Shown: positions 26,536-36,954 of the stretch, one piece after another
Layout: every line of letters begins with the position of its first letter
How positions within the stretch are numbered: the stretch's first letter is position 1
Assembly (NCBI GenBank): GCA_019235995.1
Contig: JAFAJV010000078.1
Span: forward strand, 108,372 to 172,371
Reading direction: 5' to 3'
Source: Vulcanimicrobiota bacterium
GTDB lineage: Bacteria > Vulcanimicrobiota > Vulcanimicrobiia > Vulcanimicrobiales > Vulcanimicrobiaceae
DNA: 64,000 nt
Notes under the pieces: model-generated
Seen by the model: only the letters and a program-made list of their open reading frames with translations
Databases searched by the model: none
Told to the model about the DNA's origin: nothing
Translations under genes and position numbers: made by a program

Positions 26536-27705
26536 ATGGCTCACCTTTGGCTGCCGTTCACGCAGATGCGGAGCTTTCGCCCACAGACGCGCACGTTCGT
26601 GCGCGGGTCCGGCACGATGCTCGAGGATGCGCGCGGCACGCGCGTCTACGATGCCGTGAGCTCGATCTGGACGATCCTGCACGGACACTGTCATCCGCGC
26701 ATCGTCGAAGCGATCGCGCGCCAAGCCGCGACGCTCGATCACGCCACGCTGCTCGGCGCGAGCAACCCGGCCGCAGCGACGCTCGCGGAGCGCCTGTGCG
26801 CGCTGACCGACATGGACCGCGCATTCTTCTGCAGCGACGGCGCGAGCGCGATCGAGGCGGCCATCAAGATGGCGGCGCAATATTGGCAGAACCTCGGCCG
26901 GCCGCAGCGACGCCGCTTCGTTCGGATGGCCAACGCCTACCATGGCGATACGATCGGCGCCATGAGCGTCTCCGACATCGGCCTTTTCAAGTCGCGCTTC
27001 GGCGAGCTGACGTTCGAGACGCGAGCGTTACGTGACGGAGCGGCGCTCGGCCCGGACGTCGCCGCGGTGATCGTAGAGCCGCTGGTCCAGGCGGCCGCCG
27101 GGATGCAGCTGGTGGACCGAACCGCCTATGACGCGCTGCGCGACATCGAGCCGCTGCTCATCGTGGACGAGATCGCGACGGGGTTCGGTCGCACGGGAAC
27201 GATGTTCGCCTACGAGCAGACGGCGCTGCGCCCCGACGTCCTCTGCCTCGGTAAGAGCATCACGGGCGGCGCCCTCGCGCTGTCGTGCGCGCTCGTACGC
27301 CGCCGCGTCTACGACGCTTTCCTCGGCGACGACGGCGCGCGCGTGCACTTCTTTCACGGCCACTCGTACGCAGGAAATCCCGTCGCATGTGCGGCGGCGC
27401 TGGCGTCGCTCGACCTCTTCGACGAAGAGACGACGCTCGAGCGCGCCGCAGGGATCGCGCGCCGCGCCGGCGCGCGTCTGCAGAATCTGCGCCACCATCC
27501 GCTCGTGCTCGAAGCGCGGCAGTGCGGCGCGATGATCGGCATCGAGCTGCGCGGCGACGCCTGGCGGGTCGCAGACCGGCTCTACGAGGCCGGCCACTTC
27601 ACGCGCCCAATCGGCGAAGTGCTCCAGTTCGTCCCTCCGCTCTGTTCGACCGATATCGAAATCGACGCATTTTTCGACGCGCTCTCTGGAGCGTTGGCAT
27701 CATGA
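26536..27705 (+). CDS. bioA: Adenosylmethionine-8-amino-7-oxononanoate aminotransferase
   Basis: LWLPFTQM N-terminus, DEIATGFGRTG, and PLP lysine in GKSITGG. Confidence 0.9.
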   Translation: MAHLWLPFTQMRSFRPQTRTFVRGSGTMLEDARGTRVYDAVSSIWTILHGHCHPRIVEAIARQAATLDHATLLGASNPAAATLAERLCALTDMDRAFFCSDGASAIEAAIKMAAQYWQNLGRPQRRRFVRMANAYHGDTIGAMSVSDIGLFKSRFGELTFETRALRDGAALGPDVAAVIVEPLVQAAAGMQLVDRTAYDALRDIEPLLIVDEIATGFGRTGTMFAYEQTALRPDVLCLGKSITGGALALSCALVRRRVYDAFLGDDGARVHFFHGHSYAGNPVACAAALASLDLFDEETTLERAAGIARRAGARLQNLRHHPLVLEARQCGAMIGIELRGDAWRVADRLYEAGHFTRPIGEVLQFVPPLCSTDIEIDAFFDALSGALAS

Positions 27706-28808
27706 CGTATCTCAATCGCGTCGCCGCGATGCTCGACGGCATCCGCGCGCAAAAGCGCTATCGCGATCTGCCGGAGCGCCAGCTCGCCAACGTCATAGAC
27801 TTCTCGTCGAACGACTATCTCGGATTGGCGGCGGAGCCGCAGGTGGTCGAGGCGCTGAGGCGCGCGACGCGCGTAGGCTCGGGCGGCGCGCGGCTGCTCG
27901 CGGGACGGCATCGCGAGCTGTCGCTGTTGGAAGGGGAGCTCGCGGAGTGGCTCGGGCGCGAGCGGGCGCTGATCTTTTCGTCGGGCTATCACGCCGCGGT
28001 GGGCGCGATCCCCGTGCTGGCGCGCTGCGTCGCGAGCATCGCGTCGGATAGGCTCAACCACGCTTCGCTCATCGATGGCATCCGGCTCGCGCCAGTCCCA
28101 CACGCAATCTACGACCACGCAACGATCCCCCGGGCCGGCAACCGCCCAACCTGCATCGTCAGCGAGACGATCTTCAGCATGGAGGGCGACGCGAGCGATC
28201 CGCGCGCGTTGCTCGCGAACGCAGGCTCCGAAGACGTGTTGCTTTTCGATGAGGCACATGCGCTGGGCATCGTTGGCGATGAAGGAGCCGGCCTCGCGCG
28301 TGAGCTCGACGATCCGCGCGTCGTGGTGCTCGGCACGCTATCGAAGGCGCTCGGCGCGCACGGCGGCTTCATCGCGGGCCCGGCGCCGGTGATAGAGCTG
28401 CTGGTGAACGAGGCGCGCGCGTTCGTCTTCGATACGGCGCTGCCCGCCGGGATCGCGCTCGCGGCACGCATCGCACTGCTGCTCTCGCGCCGCGCCGGCG
28501 ATCGGCGCGCGCGCCTTCACGCCAACGTCGAGCGCCTCCGCGAGGGCCTTCGCGCGATCGGTCGCTCGGTGCCGGCGGCGGCGGGCGCCATCGTTCCGCT
28601 GCCGCTTGGCGACGAAGAGCGCACGCTGCGCGCCTCGGCGATGCTCCTGGAACGAGGGGTCTTCGTGCCGGCGATACGGCCGCCGAGCGTCCCGCCAGGA
28701 ACGTCGCGCTTGCGTATCTCGGTGCGCGCGGATCACACGACGGAGCAGATCGATCGGCTCGTCGAGGAGCTCGCGAGAGCTCAGTCGGCTGAGGTTACGA
28801 ACGCTTAG
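27702..28808 (+). CDS. bioF: 8-amino-7-oxononanoate synthase
   Basis: NDYLGL and PLP lysine in TLSKALG. ATGA overlap with bioA. Confidence 0.9.
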   Translation: MTYLNRVAAMLDGIRAQKRYRDLPERQLANVIDFSSNDYLGLAAEPQVVEALRRATRVGSGGARLLAGRHRELSLLEGELAEWLGRERALIFSSGYHAAVGAIPVLARCVASIASDRLNHASLIDGIRLAPVPHAIYDHATIPRAGNRPTCIVSETIFSMEGDASDPRALLANAGSEDVLLFDEAHALGIVGDEGAGLARELDDPRVVVLGTLSKALGAHGGFIAGPAPVIELLVNEARAFVFDTALPAGIALAARIALLLSRRAGDRRARLHANVERLREGLRAIGRSVPAAAGAIVPLPLGDEERTLRASAMLLERGVFVPAIRPPSVPPGTSRLRISVRADHTTEQIDRLVEELARAQSAEVTNA

Positions 28809-29028
28809 GAATCCGAGTGAGCCAATACTCGACTCCGTCGATGGTGACGCGCTTGCGGCGCCGGCTGATCTGCGGCGAGAACATCGCTCCGTCGTCTCGG
28901 TAATAGAGGAGCATCCAGGCGATAAGCCGGGCGCGGTCCTCCGGCGTGAGGCTCTTTATGGCGGCGCGTACGGCCGTCGCATCGCGGGTTGGCTCGTCCA
29001 GGCGCGCGTACTCGGGAGGCCTCGCCAT
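28795..29028 (-). CDS. Small hypothetical protein (77 aa), antisense insert in the bio cluster
   Basis: Fills the bioF-bioD gap on the opposite strand with coding-like codon usage. I recognise no family. Confidence 0.4.
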   Translation of the reverse strand: MARPPEYARLDEPTRDATAVRAAIKSLTPEDRARLIAWMLLYYRDDGAMFSPQISRRRKRVTIDGVEYWLTRIPKRS

Positions 29029-29070
29029 GAGGCGAACAGGTGTTCGAAGCGCAACGGACAAGCCCTCTTG

Positions 29071-29724
29071 ATGCACCGCTACTTCGTGACAGGGACGGAC
29101 ACCGACGTGGGAAAGACGCGCGTCGCTGCCGCCTTGGCGCTGGCGTTGCGGCGCGCCGGTCGGCCTCCCACGATCGTCAAAGTCGTGCAAACCGGGGCCA
29201 CGGCGGATGCCAAGGGCGATGCGGCCCGGGCCGGCGCGCTCGCCGGCGTGCCGTACGCCGAGCTCGCGCGCTTTGCAAAGCCGGCCGATCCGTGGTCGGC
29301 GGCGCTCGCGCAAGGCGCGACGCTGCGCGCCCGGGAGCTCGTCCGGCGAATCGACGCGCTCGAAGGCCCGCTCGTCGTCGAGGGCTCCGGCGGCATGATC
29401 GTGCCGCTCGGCGAGCGCGAGCATCTCGGCGACGTCGCGCGCCTCGCGAAGCTCGACGTCGTGCTCGTGGTCGGGCTGCGCCTGGGCTGCATGAACCACG
29501 CGCTGCTGACGCTCGAGTTTTGTCGCGCGGCGGGAATCCCGGTTGCCGGCACGATCCTCGTCGAACGCTGGGGCCCGACGCATCGGTCGTATCACGAGGA
29601 CGTGACCCGCGCGTTGCAGGGAAAGTCGCCCCTCCTTGGCATTCTGCCGTTTGCGCCCGAGGAGGCGGATTCCGTCGCGGCGGGCGCAAACGATTTGCTG
29701 CCATTTATCAACGGAAGCCGATGA
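29071..29724 (+). CDS. bioD: Dethiobiotin synthetase
   Basis: YFVTGTDTDVGKT P-loop and EGSGG motif. Confidence 0.9.
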   Translation: MHRYFVTGTDTDVGKTRVAAALALALRRAGRPPTIVKVVQTGATADAKGDAARAGALAGVPYAELARFAKPADPWSAALAQGATLRARELVRRIDALEGPLVVEGSGGMIVPLGEREHLGDVARLAKLDVVLVVGLRLGCMNHALLTLEFCRAAGIPVAGTILVERWGPTHRSYHEDVTRALQGKSPLLGILPFAPEEADSVAAGANDLLPFINGSR

Positions 29725-30710
29725 CGCAATCTCACGCCATCCTCGACCGCGCCCGAACGAGAGTGCTCGGCCGCGGGCTTGCCGCCGACGAGCGCCTCCT
29801 GCGCGAGCTCGCGGCGCTGCCGGAGGAGGGAATTCCCGGTCTGCTCGCGCTGGCCGACGACGTGCGGTCGCGCCACACGGGCAACGCGATCGCCGTCGAG
29901 GTGCTCTACAACGCGAAGAAGGGCGGCTGCTCCGAGGACTGCAATTTCTGCTCGCAGAGCGCGCGCTACGCGACCGACATCGAAACCGAGCCGCTCTCGA
30001 GCGTTGAGGGTTTCGTGGCGGCGGCGCGCGACGCGCACGCCCGCGGCGCCGGCGAGTTCTGCATCGTGGTCGCCGTGCGGGGGCCGTCGGAGAGGCTGCT
30101 CGAGCGCGTCTGCACCGCCGTCCCGGAGATCAAGCGGGAGCTTCCACTTACCGTCGCCGTCTCGCTCGGCATTCTGACCGACGGCCACGTGGAACGGCTC
30201 GCGCAAGCCGGCGTCGACAAGGTGAATCACAATCTCGAGACATCCGAGCGTTACTTCCCGTCGATCTGCACGACGCATACGTACCAGGAGCGTTGGGAGA
30301 CGTGCCTGCGCGTGAAGCGTCACGCACTCGAGCTCTGCTGCGGCGGCATCATCGGCATGGGCGAGACGCTCGACGATCGTATCGCATTTCTCGTCGCGCT
30401 GCAGGAGCTGCAGCCCGAGGAGATTCCCGTGAACTTTCTCAACCCGCGGCCAGGCACACCGTTCGGCGATAGGCCGCTGCTCGATCCCGCCGAGGCGCTT
30501 CGCTTCGTCGCAATGGTGCGGCTCGCGCTGCCGAGCGCGCTCGTGCGCTTCGCGGGCGGCCGCGAGGTCACGCTCAAAGGCCTGCAAGAGCTCGGAATGC
30601 GCAGCGGCGCGAGTGGCATCGTGCTCGGCGACTACCTCACCACGCCGGGGCGCGGCGACGCCGAGGACTTCGGCATGCTCGATCGTCTCGGGTTCGAAGT
30701 TCTGGCCTGA
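29721..30710 (+). CDS. bioB: Biotin synthase (radical SAM)
   Basis: CSEDCNFCSQS cluster motif. ATGA overlap with bioD. Confidence 0.9.
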   Translation: MTQSHAILDRARTRVLGRGLAADERLLRELAALPEEGIPGLLALADDVRSRHTGNAIAVEVLYNAKKGGCSEDCNFCSQSARYATDIETEPLSSVEGFVAAARDAHARGAGEFCIVVAVRGPSERLLERVCTAVPEIKRELPLTVAVSLGILTDGHVERLAQAGVDKVNHNLETSERYFPSICTTHTYQERWETCLRVKRHALELCCGGIIGMGETLDDRIAFLVALQELQPEEIPVNFLNPRPGTPFGDRPLLDPAEALRFVAMVRLALPSALVRFAGGREVTLKGLQELGMRSGASGIVLGDYLTTPGRGDAEDFGMLDRLGFEVLA

Positions 30711-30713
30711 GCG

Positions 30714-32198
30714 TTGGACCAAGAGAAGACCCCGTACTTCCAGGCGCTGCTCGACTACGTCGACGCCGGCGTGTTGCCGTTCCATACGCCGGGCCACATC
30801 CAAGGCGTCGGCATGGACCTGGCGTTTCGCGAGTTCGTCGGCGACAATTTCTGCGCCATCGACCTGACCCCGATGCCGGGCATCGACGACCTGCTGCAGC
30901 CCACGGAGTCCATCAAGGAGGCGCAACAGCTGGCGGCAGCCGCGTGGGGCGCGGACAACACGTTCTTCCTCATCAACGGCTCGACGAGCGGCAACCAGTG
31001 CATGATGATGGCCGCGGTCAACCCCGGCGAGAAGATCGCCGTCCCGCGCAACTCGCACAAGTCCATGCTGGGCGGGCTCGTGATGAGCGGCGCGGAGCCC
31101 GTGTACATGCGGCCCGAGGTCGACGCGGAGCTACGCATGGACCACTGCGTCACGCCGGAGACGGTCGCGGCGACGCTGCGCGAACATCCCGAGGTCGTCG
31201 CGGTCTATCTCGTCTCGCCGACCTATTACGGCGTAGCGGCCGATCTCGAGACGATCGAGCGGACCGTTCACGAAGCCGGAAAGCTGCTGCTCGTCGACGA
31301 GGCGTGGGGCCCACACTTTCATTTCCACGCGGCGCTGCCCATCTCGGCGACGGCGGCCGGCGCCGATCTGAGCATCAACTCGACGCACAAGATGCTCTCC
31401 GCCTTCTCGCAGTGCGCGATGCTCCACCAGAAGGGGCCGCGCGTGCGGCTGGACCGGCTCAAGGCCGTGCTGAAGATGTTCCTCTCGACCTCGCCCAATC
31501 TCCCGATGGTCGCGTCGCTCGACGTCGCCCGCAAGCAGATGGCGACCGAGGGCGCGGCGTTGCTGTCGCGCACGATCGAGCTCGCCGAGCAAACGCGCAG
31601 CCGCCTCAATACGATCCCCGGCCTCTACTGCTTCGGCGAGGAGCTTCAGGGGCGCGCCGGGATCTTCGATCTCGATCCCACAAAGATCACCGTCACCGTA
31701 AAGGGCCTCGGTTATACCGGATACGAGGCCTCGGAGATCCTGCGCCGGCGCTACAACATTCAGGTAGAGCTCGCCGATCTCTTCAACGTCGTCGCGCTCT
31801 TCACGATCGGCACGACGCGCGAGGCGGCGCAGCGCCTCGTCGAGGCGTTCGAGGAGCTGGCGCGCGGGGAGCGCGATCTCGATATGTTTGCGCCGTCGGG
31901 TATCTTAGAGCAGCGCCTCAAGCGTGGAACCTTTCATCTCCCGGCCGTGCCGCCGATGCGGATGCGGCCGCGCGAGGCGTTCCTCGCCGACACCGAGCTC
32001 GTCAAGTTCCGTGAGTCGCGGGGACGCATCTGCGCCGAGACGATCACGCCCTATCCGCCGGGGATCCCGGTGATCGCGCCCGGCGAAGAGCTGACCGCCG
32101 ACATCATCGACTACTTGCGTCTCGAGCTGAAGGCCGGCGTCCGCATTCAGGGGCCGTACGACGACAAGCTGCGCACGATCCGCGTCGTAAAGGAGTGA
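30714..32198 (+). CDS. PLP-dependent Orn/Lys/Arg decarboxylase
   Basis: FHTPGH and INSTHKMLSAFSQ motifs. TTG start 3 nt after bioB. Confidence 0.85.
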   Translation: MDQEKTPYFQALLDYVDAGVLPFHTPGHIQGVGMDLAFREFVGDNFCAIDLTPMPGIDDLLQPTESIKEAQQLAAAAWGADNTFFLINGSTSGNQCMMMAAVNPGEKIAVPRNSHKSMLGGLVMSGAEPVYMRPEVDAELRMDHCVTPETVAATLREHPEVVAVYLVSPTYYGVAADLETIERTVHEAGKLLLVDEAWGPHFHFHAALPISATAAGADLSINSTHKMLSAFSQCAMLHQKGPRVRLDRLKAVLKMFLSTSPNLPMVASLDVARKQMATEGAALLSRTIELAEQTRSRLNTIPGLYCFGEELQGRAGIFDLDPTKITVTVKGLGYTGYEASEILRRRYNIQVELADLFNVVALFTIGTTREAAQRLVEAFEELARGERDLDMFAPSGILEQRLKRGTFHLPAVPPMRMRPREAFLADTELVKFRESRGRICAETITPYPPGIPVIAPGEELTADIIDYLRLELKAGVRIQGPYDDKLRTIRVVKE

Positions 32199-32231
32199 AG
32201 GCGCACCCCACATAAAACTGACAAAGCGCCT

Positions 32232-33812
32232 TTGGGGAAGGTGCGGAAACGGGGATCAGTATTGGCGGTCAGAGTTCATCACGTTTCCCCTAGTTGGGAA
32301 CTCTCTCAGCTCCTCGACATTTTCCCACTCGCAATACGGCAAGCGCTCGTCCGTCTCAACAACATCGAAGATATCATCGAAGTGGTGCTCGATCTCGGGC
32401 GGCCGCCCGAGGCGCGTTTCGAAAGCGACTTCAAGTACCTCACCGATTCGCCGGTAAGCCACGAAGACATCGCGCACGTGTGCTCGCGCATATCGCCGTT
32501 TGGTGCCGACAACCGCGCGGGCATCGAGCAAACGCTGCATCGCATCAGCGCGATCCGAAATCGCACGGGCAAGATCGTCGGCCTCACGTGCCGGGTCGGC
32601 CGCGCCGTTTACGGAACGATCGACATTCTGCTCGACGTGCTGCGCAGCGGCAAGTCGATCTGTCTGCTCGGGCGCCCCGGGGTCGGAAAGACGACGATGC
32701 TGCGCGAGTGCGCGCGCGTGCTGTCCGAGGAGCGCAAGCGCGTCGTGATCGTCGACACGTCCAATGAGATCGCGGGCGACAGCGACATCCCGCATCCCGG
32801 CATCGGGCTCGCGCGCCGGATGCAGGTCGCCGACCCGGCGCTCCAGCACGCCGTGATGATCGAGGCGGTCGAGAATCACATGCCCGAGGTGATCGTCATC
32901 GACGAGATCGGCACCGCAGCGGAGGCAGAGGCGGCCCGAACGATCGCCGAACGCGGCGTGACCCTGATCGGAACGGCGCACGGCCAGACGCTGGAAAACC
33001 TGCTTATGAACCCGACGCTCTCGGATCTCGTCGGCGGCGTGAGCGCCGTCACCCTCTCCGACGAAGAGGCTCGCCGCCGCGGCACGCGCAAGACCGTGCT
33101 CGAGCGAAAGGCGCCGCCCACGTTCGACGTCGTAATCGAGATCCACGATCGCGACCGCCTCGCGATTCACAAGAACGTCGCCGACGTCATCGACGCGCTG
33201 CTGCGGGGCTACCAGCCGCAGCCTGAGATCCGCCAGCGCGAGGCCAGCGGCGCCGTCACGGTCGTCCAAGAAGCCGATACGGAGTCGATGCCGCGCCTGG
33301 CCGACCGCTACGATCACGAGCGCGAGCACGAAGAGCGCGATCGCCCGCTGTCGATTTTCCCCTACGGCGTCTCCCGCAACAAGATCGAACGCGCGATCGC
33401 GAACCTGCGCGTGAACGCGTCGATCGCCCGTAACTGGGACGACGCCGACGTCGTCCTCACCCTCAAGACGCTGGAGCGCAAGGAGCAGCCGAAGCTCAAG
33501 CAGATCGCCTCCGACAACGTGCCCATCTACTCGATCAAAACGAACACGACGACGCAGATCCAGGCCGCGCTGCGTGACGTCTTCAACCTCGGATCCATCG
33601 ATCACGAGGAGCTCGCGTTGCGCGAGGCCGAGGAGGCGATCTATCAAGTGCTGCTGACGAATCAGGCAATAGAGCTCTCGCCCCAGACGTCGTACGTGCG
33701 GCGAATGCAGCACCAGCTCGCCGAGCGCTATCGCCTGCAGTCGCGCAGCACCGGACTCGAGCCCAACCGCCGCGTCAAGATTTACAAGACCTCAGACGCC
33801 TTGTCACCCTGA
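32232..33812 (+). CDS. AAA ATPase with C-terminal R3H domain (Ycf45/SpoIIIAA-like)
   Basis: LLGRPGVGKTT, VIVIDEIG and a C-terminal RRMQHQLAERYRLQSRSTG. Exact start is uncertain. Confidence 0.75.
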   Translation: MGKVRKRGSVLAVRVHHVSPSWELSQLLDIFPLAIRQALVRLNNIEDIIEVVLDLGRPPEARFESDFKYLTDSPVSHEDIAHVCSRISPFGADNRAGIEQTLHRISAIRNRTGKIVGLTCRVGRAVYGTIDILLDVLRSGKSICLLGRPGVGKTTMLRECARVLSEERKRVVIVDTSNEIAGDSDIPHPGIGLARRMQVADPALQHAVMIEAVENHMPEVIVIDEIGTAAEAEAARTIAERGVTLIGTAHGQTLENLLMNPTLSDLVGGVSAVTLSDEEARRRGTRKTVLERKAPPTFDVVIEIHDRDRLAIHKNVADVIDALLRGYQPQPEIRQREASGAVTVVQEADTESMPRLADRYDHEREHEERDRPLSIFPYGVSRNKIERAIANLRVNASIARNWDDADVVLTLKTLERKEQPKLKQIASDNVPIYSIKTNTTTQIQAALRDVFNLGSIDHEELALREAEEAIYQVLLTNQAIELSPQTSYVRRMQHQLAERYRLQSRSTGLEPNRRVKIYKTSDALSP

Positions 33813-33824
33813 GCCTCTCGAAGG

Positions 33825-34415
33825 GTGTTCGTCGTCGTTGAGGGCATCGAGGGCAGCGGAAAGAGCACGCTCGTCGCCGGGCTCGCCGCTCGCCTGGGGA
33901 AGGAGCGCGGCGGCGTCGTGGCCACGCGCGAGCCCGGCGGGACCCAGCTCGGGGACGCCGTGCGCGCGATCTTTCTGGACCGATTCCTGACGATCGAGCC
34001 GCTCGCGGAGGCGTTTTTAGTCAACGCGGCGCGGGCCCAGCACGTCGAGGAGGTCATCCGGCCCGCGCTGGCGTCGGGCGGCCTGGTCGTATGCGACCGT
34101 TTCACGGACTCGACCCTTGCGTATCAAGGCTATGGGCGCGGCATGGATCTCGAGCTCCTGCGCGCGCTGTGCGATTTCGCGACCGGCGGAGTGAACCCCG
34201 ACCTCGTGCTGCTCGTGGATCTGCCGGTGCACGCCGCCCGAGCGCGTCTCGGCGATCGGGCCGGCGCGCCGGATCGCATCGAAAACGAGGACGACGGATT
34301 CCACGAACGCGTCCGGGACGGCTTCCTCGAGCTCGCGCGCGGCCCGCGGCATCGCGTCCTCGATGGCGCGCTGCCGCCGCGGCGTCTGCTTGAAGAGGCG
34401 CTGCGCCAGCTGTGA
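33825..34415 (+). CDS. tmk: Thymidylate kinase
   Basis: VVVEGIEGSGKST and DRF..S..AYQG motifs. Confidence 0.9.
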   Translation: MFVVVEGIEGSGKSTLVAGLAARLGKERGGVVATREPGGTQLGDAVRAIFLDRFLTIEPLAEAFLVNAARAQHVEEVIRPALASGGLVVCDRFTDSTLAYQGYGRGMDLELLRALCDFATGGVNPDLVLLVDLPVHAARARLGDRAGAPDRIENEDDGFHERVRDGFLELARGPRHRVLDGALPPRRLLEEALRQL

Positions 34416-35416
34416 ACGAGCTGCGTTTCGACGTGGTAGGCGCGGAAGGCGCGAAGCGATTCTTTGGAGCGCTGACGCCGCAGACGCTCGCGCACGCATA
34501 CTGCTTCACCGGTCCGTCCGGCGTCGGCAAGAAAACCTTCGCGCGGCGCCTCGCGCAGTCGCTGCTCTGCCTCGCGCCGCACAGCGGCGTGCTCGGATAT
34601 GACGGCACGTGCTCGTCGTGCGCGCTCTTTCGCGGCGAGAATGCGCGCCACCCCGACTTCCTCGAGCACGAAGGCGTGCTGCGGATCGGCGAGCGGGACG
34701 CGCCTGCGGCGTTTGCCGACGGAGAGGCGCTGTCGGCGCGGGACCTCGTGCGACAGCTCTCGATGCAGTCGTACAGCGGCGGCATGCGCGTGCTGCTGCT
34801 CGGAGACGTCGAGTTCGCGACGCTGCACGCGGCCAACGCGCTGCTGAAGTTCTTAGAGGAGCCGCCGGCGGGGGTCGTGATGATCGTGACGACCGCGACC
34901 CCGGGTCGCCTGCTCGAGACGATCCGCTCGCGGGTGGTCGAAGTGCGCTTCCCTCCGTTATCGAACGCCGACGTCGCGGAGATTCTGCGCCGTATGCACT
35001 ACGGCGACGCCGACGCACAGCTGGGCGCATCGCTCTCGGGCGGAAGCGTGACGCGGGCGCTCGCGGCGCTCGAGCAAGAAGAGGAATCGCTGCGCGCAGC
35101 GGTCGTGCGCTGGTTCTTCGAAAGCGTGGAGGGAAAGTCGCCCCAGGAACTCTGGGCGACGCGCGAGACGCTCACCGAGGGGCTGGAGACGATCAAGATG
35201 CTCGTGCGCGACTGGATCGTTGCGGGGGGGCACGACGGCGTCGCGCTAATGTCGGTGGATCACGCCGATCGTTTGCGCAAGCTAAGACCGTTGGGCCGGC
35301 GCGAGGCGGCTGCGCTGCTCGCGAAGCTGGACGAGGCTGCGCGCCTGGCGCGCACCAACGTCAGTCCGGGGCTGATCGGCGAATTCGTGCGCATGGCGCT
35401 CACCAGTAGCCGGTGA
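34412..35416 (+). CDS. holB: DNA polymerase III delta' subunit
   Basis: HAYCFTGPSGVGKKTFA and LLKFLEEPP motifs. GTGA overlap with tmk. Confidence 0.85.
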   Translation: MNELRFDVVGAEGAKRFFGALTPQTLAHAYCFTGPSGVGKKTFARRLAQSLLCLAPHSGVLGYDGTCSSCALFRGENARHPDFLEHEGVLRIGERDAPAAFADGEALSARDLVRQLSMQSYSGGMRVLLLGDVEFATLHAANALLKFLEEPPAGVVMIVTTATPGRLLETIRSRVVEVRFPPLSNADVAEILRRMHYGDADAQLGASLSGGSVTRALAALEQEEESLRAAVVRWFFESVEGKSPQELWATRETLTEGLETIKMLVRDWIVAGGHDGVALMSVDHADRLRKLRPLGRREAAALLAKLDEAARLARTNVSPGLIGEFVRMALTSSR

Positions 35417-36107
35417 ACGCGATGTCGTCGTACTGTTTCGCGAATGGGAACGCGAGATAGGCCAGCGCCAGGGCGCGCGCCGCCGCAGTGACGAGCGACC
35501 AGATCGTCGGAGAGAGATGTACCAAGGCGTACGGCAACGCCAGCGGAACGGCGACATACCATATGGCGAAGAACACGATTGCGAGGACGATGGAGCCGAT
35601 CGGCTCCGCGCGCACGCCGCGGATCGACCCCGAGATGGCGAGCGTGCCCGGCAGCCCGCCGATCGCCGCCGAAGGGATCGTGTAGATCAGGAAGAAGGCC
35701 GCGACCGCCCCGAGCGCGAGACCCAACGCGCCCCCGACGAACGATCCGATGTAGCTCGCGGCCCACACGACGAACTGGAATCCGATGGCGGCGAGCGCGA
35801 TGCCGCCGAACTTCCTGCGCCCCTCCTCCCACGCCTCGTCGAACGTGCCGCGCTGGCGTCGCCAGATGTTGTTTGCCTGGATGATCGTCACGCCGAAGGC
35901 CCAGAGGTACACGAGTTGCACGAGCAAGCCGAACAGCCCGGCTCCCGCGCCGCCGAGGGGATCCGTGAAGAGATACGAGAGCTGCGTGAGCAGGAGGTCG
36001 GCGGCCGCCGCCAATAGCGGCATGGCGAAGACCGACGGATGGCGCAGCAGCAGCGGGACGGCGCGCACGTACATTCCGAGGTCGAGCCGCGGCCGCCGGC
36101 GCTGCAT
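35400..36107 (-). CDS. Polytopic membrane protein, unknown function
   Basis: About 6 hydrophobic helices. Its 3' end overlaps holB convergently by 17 nt. Confidence 0.55.
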   Translation of the reverse strand: MQRRRPRLDLGMYVRAVPLLLRHPSVFAMPLLAAAADLLLTQLSYLFTDPLGGAGAGLFGLLVQLVYLWAFGVTIIQANNIWRRQRGTFDEAWEEGRRKFGGIALAAIGFQFVVWAASYIGSFVGGALGLALGAVAAFFLIYTIPSAAIGGLPGTLAISGSIRGVRAEPIGSIVLAIVFFAIWYVAVPLALPYALVHLSPTIWSLVTAAARALALAYLAFPFAKQYDDIAFTGYW

Positions 36108-36111
36108 CGAG

Positions 36112-36909
36112 CTAGAAGCGAGCCCCCGTGAGCGCGTGCCGGCACGAACAGTCGGCGTTCATGTCGATCGTAGCGACGATCTCACCGATCGCCGCTTTCA
36201 CCCGTTCGTTGTTTTTCGTAAAGACCTCGATGACTTCGTGATGGGAGACCGGTGGCATCCCCTCGAGCCCGACGTCATAATCGGTGATCAGCGAGATATT
36301 TATGTAACACATCTCGAGCTCGCGCGCCAAATACGCCTCGGGATATTGCGTCATGTTGATGACTTCCCATCCCGGAGCTTGAAACCAGTGCGATTCTGCA
36401 CGGGTGGAAAAGCGCGGTCCTTGAATAACGACTACAGTTCCGGTCTCGTGCGTCTCGATGCCGAGCGATCGCAGCACGTCGATGGCGATCGGTCGCAGCG
36501 TCGGACAGTACGGATCGGCAAAACTGATGTGCGTCGCTCTCGGGCCGTCGTAAAACGTGTCTTTTCGCCCGGTCGTGCGATCGACGAGCTGGTCGCACAC
36601 GACCATCGATCCCGGCCGCACGTCAGCCTTGAGCGAGCCGCTCGCGGTCGGAGCGATGATCCACTTCACGCCGAGCTGCTTCATCGCGTACAGGTTGGCG
36701 CGATAGTTGATCGCTTGAGGAGGGAACTGATGGTCTTTGCCATGTCGAGGCAGAAACGCCACGCGCCGGCCGGCGATCTCGCCGAGCGCGACCTTGTCGC
36801 TCGGCGCGCCGTACGGCGTCTCGATCCAGGCCTCATGCGGGCTCTCCATCAGCGCGTAGAAGCCGGATCCTCCGAACACGCCGATATCGGCGCGCAGTTC
36901 ACTTGCCAT
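36112..36909 (-). CDS. mtnP: S-methyl-5'-thioadenosine phosphorylase
   Basis: GVFGGSGFY and NMTQYPEAYLARE motifs. Start set at ATG 36909, because the upstream ATG at 36960 lies inside a dispersed repeat. Confidence 0.85.
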   Translation of the reverse strand: MASELRADIGVFGGSGFYALMESPHEAWIETPYGAPSDKVALGEIAGRRVAFLPRHGKDHQFPPQAINYRANLYAMKQLGVKWIIAPTASGSLKADVRPGSMVVCDQLVDRTTGRKDTFYDGPRATHISFADPYCPTLRPIAIDVLRSLGIETHETGTVVVIQGPRFSTRAESHWFQAPGWEVINMTQYPEAYLARELEMCYINISLITDYDVGLEGMPPVSHHEVIEVFTKNNERVKAAIGEIVATIDMNADCSCRHALTGARF

Positions 36910-36954
36910 AAGCCCCGGCAGGTTCGAGGCATCCGGGCGCCATCCTGGTAACGG

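Noticed and set aside
29592-31058. 488-aa minus-strand ORF
   Set aside because: It is antisense to bioB and the decarboxylase gene, with no motifs. It is a shadow ORF.
32256-33713. 485-aa minus-strand ORF
   Set aside because: It is antisense to the R3H/AAA ATPase gene, which carries Walker A/B and R3H motifs. It is a shadow ORF.
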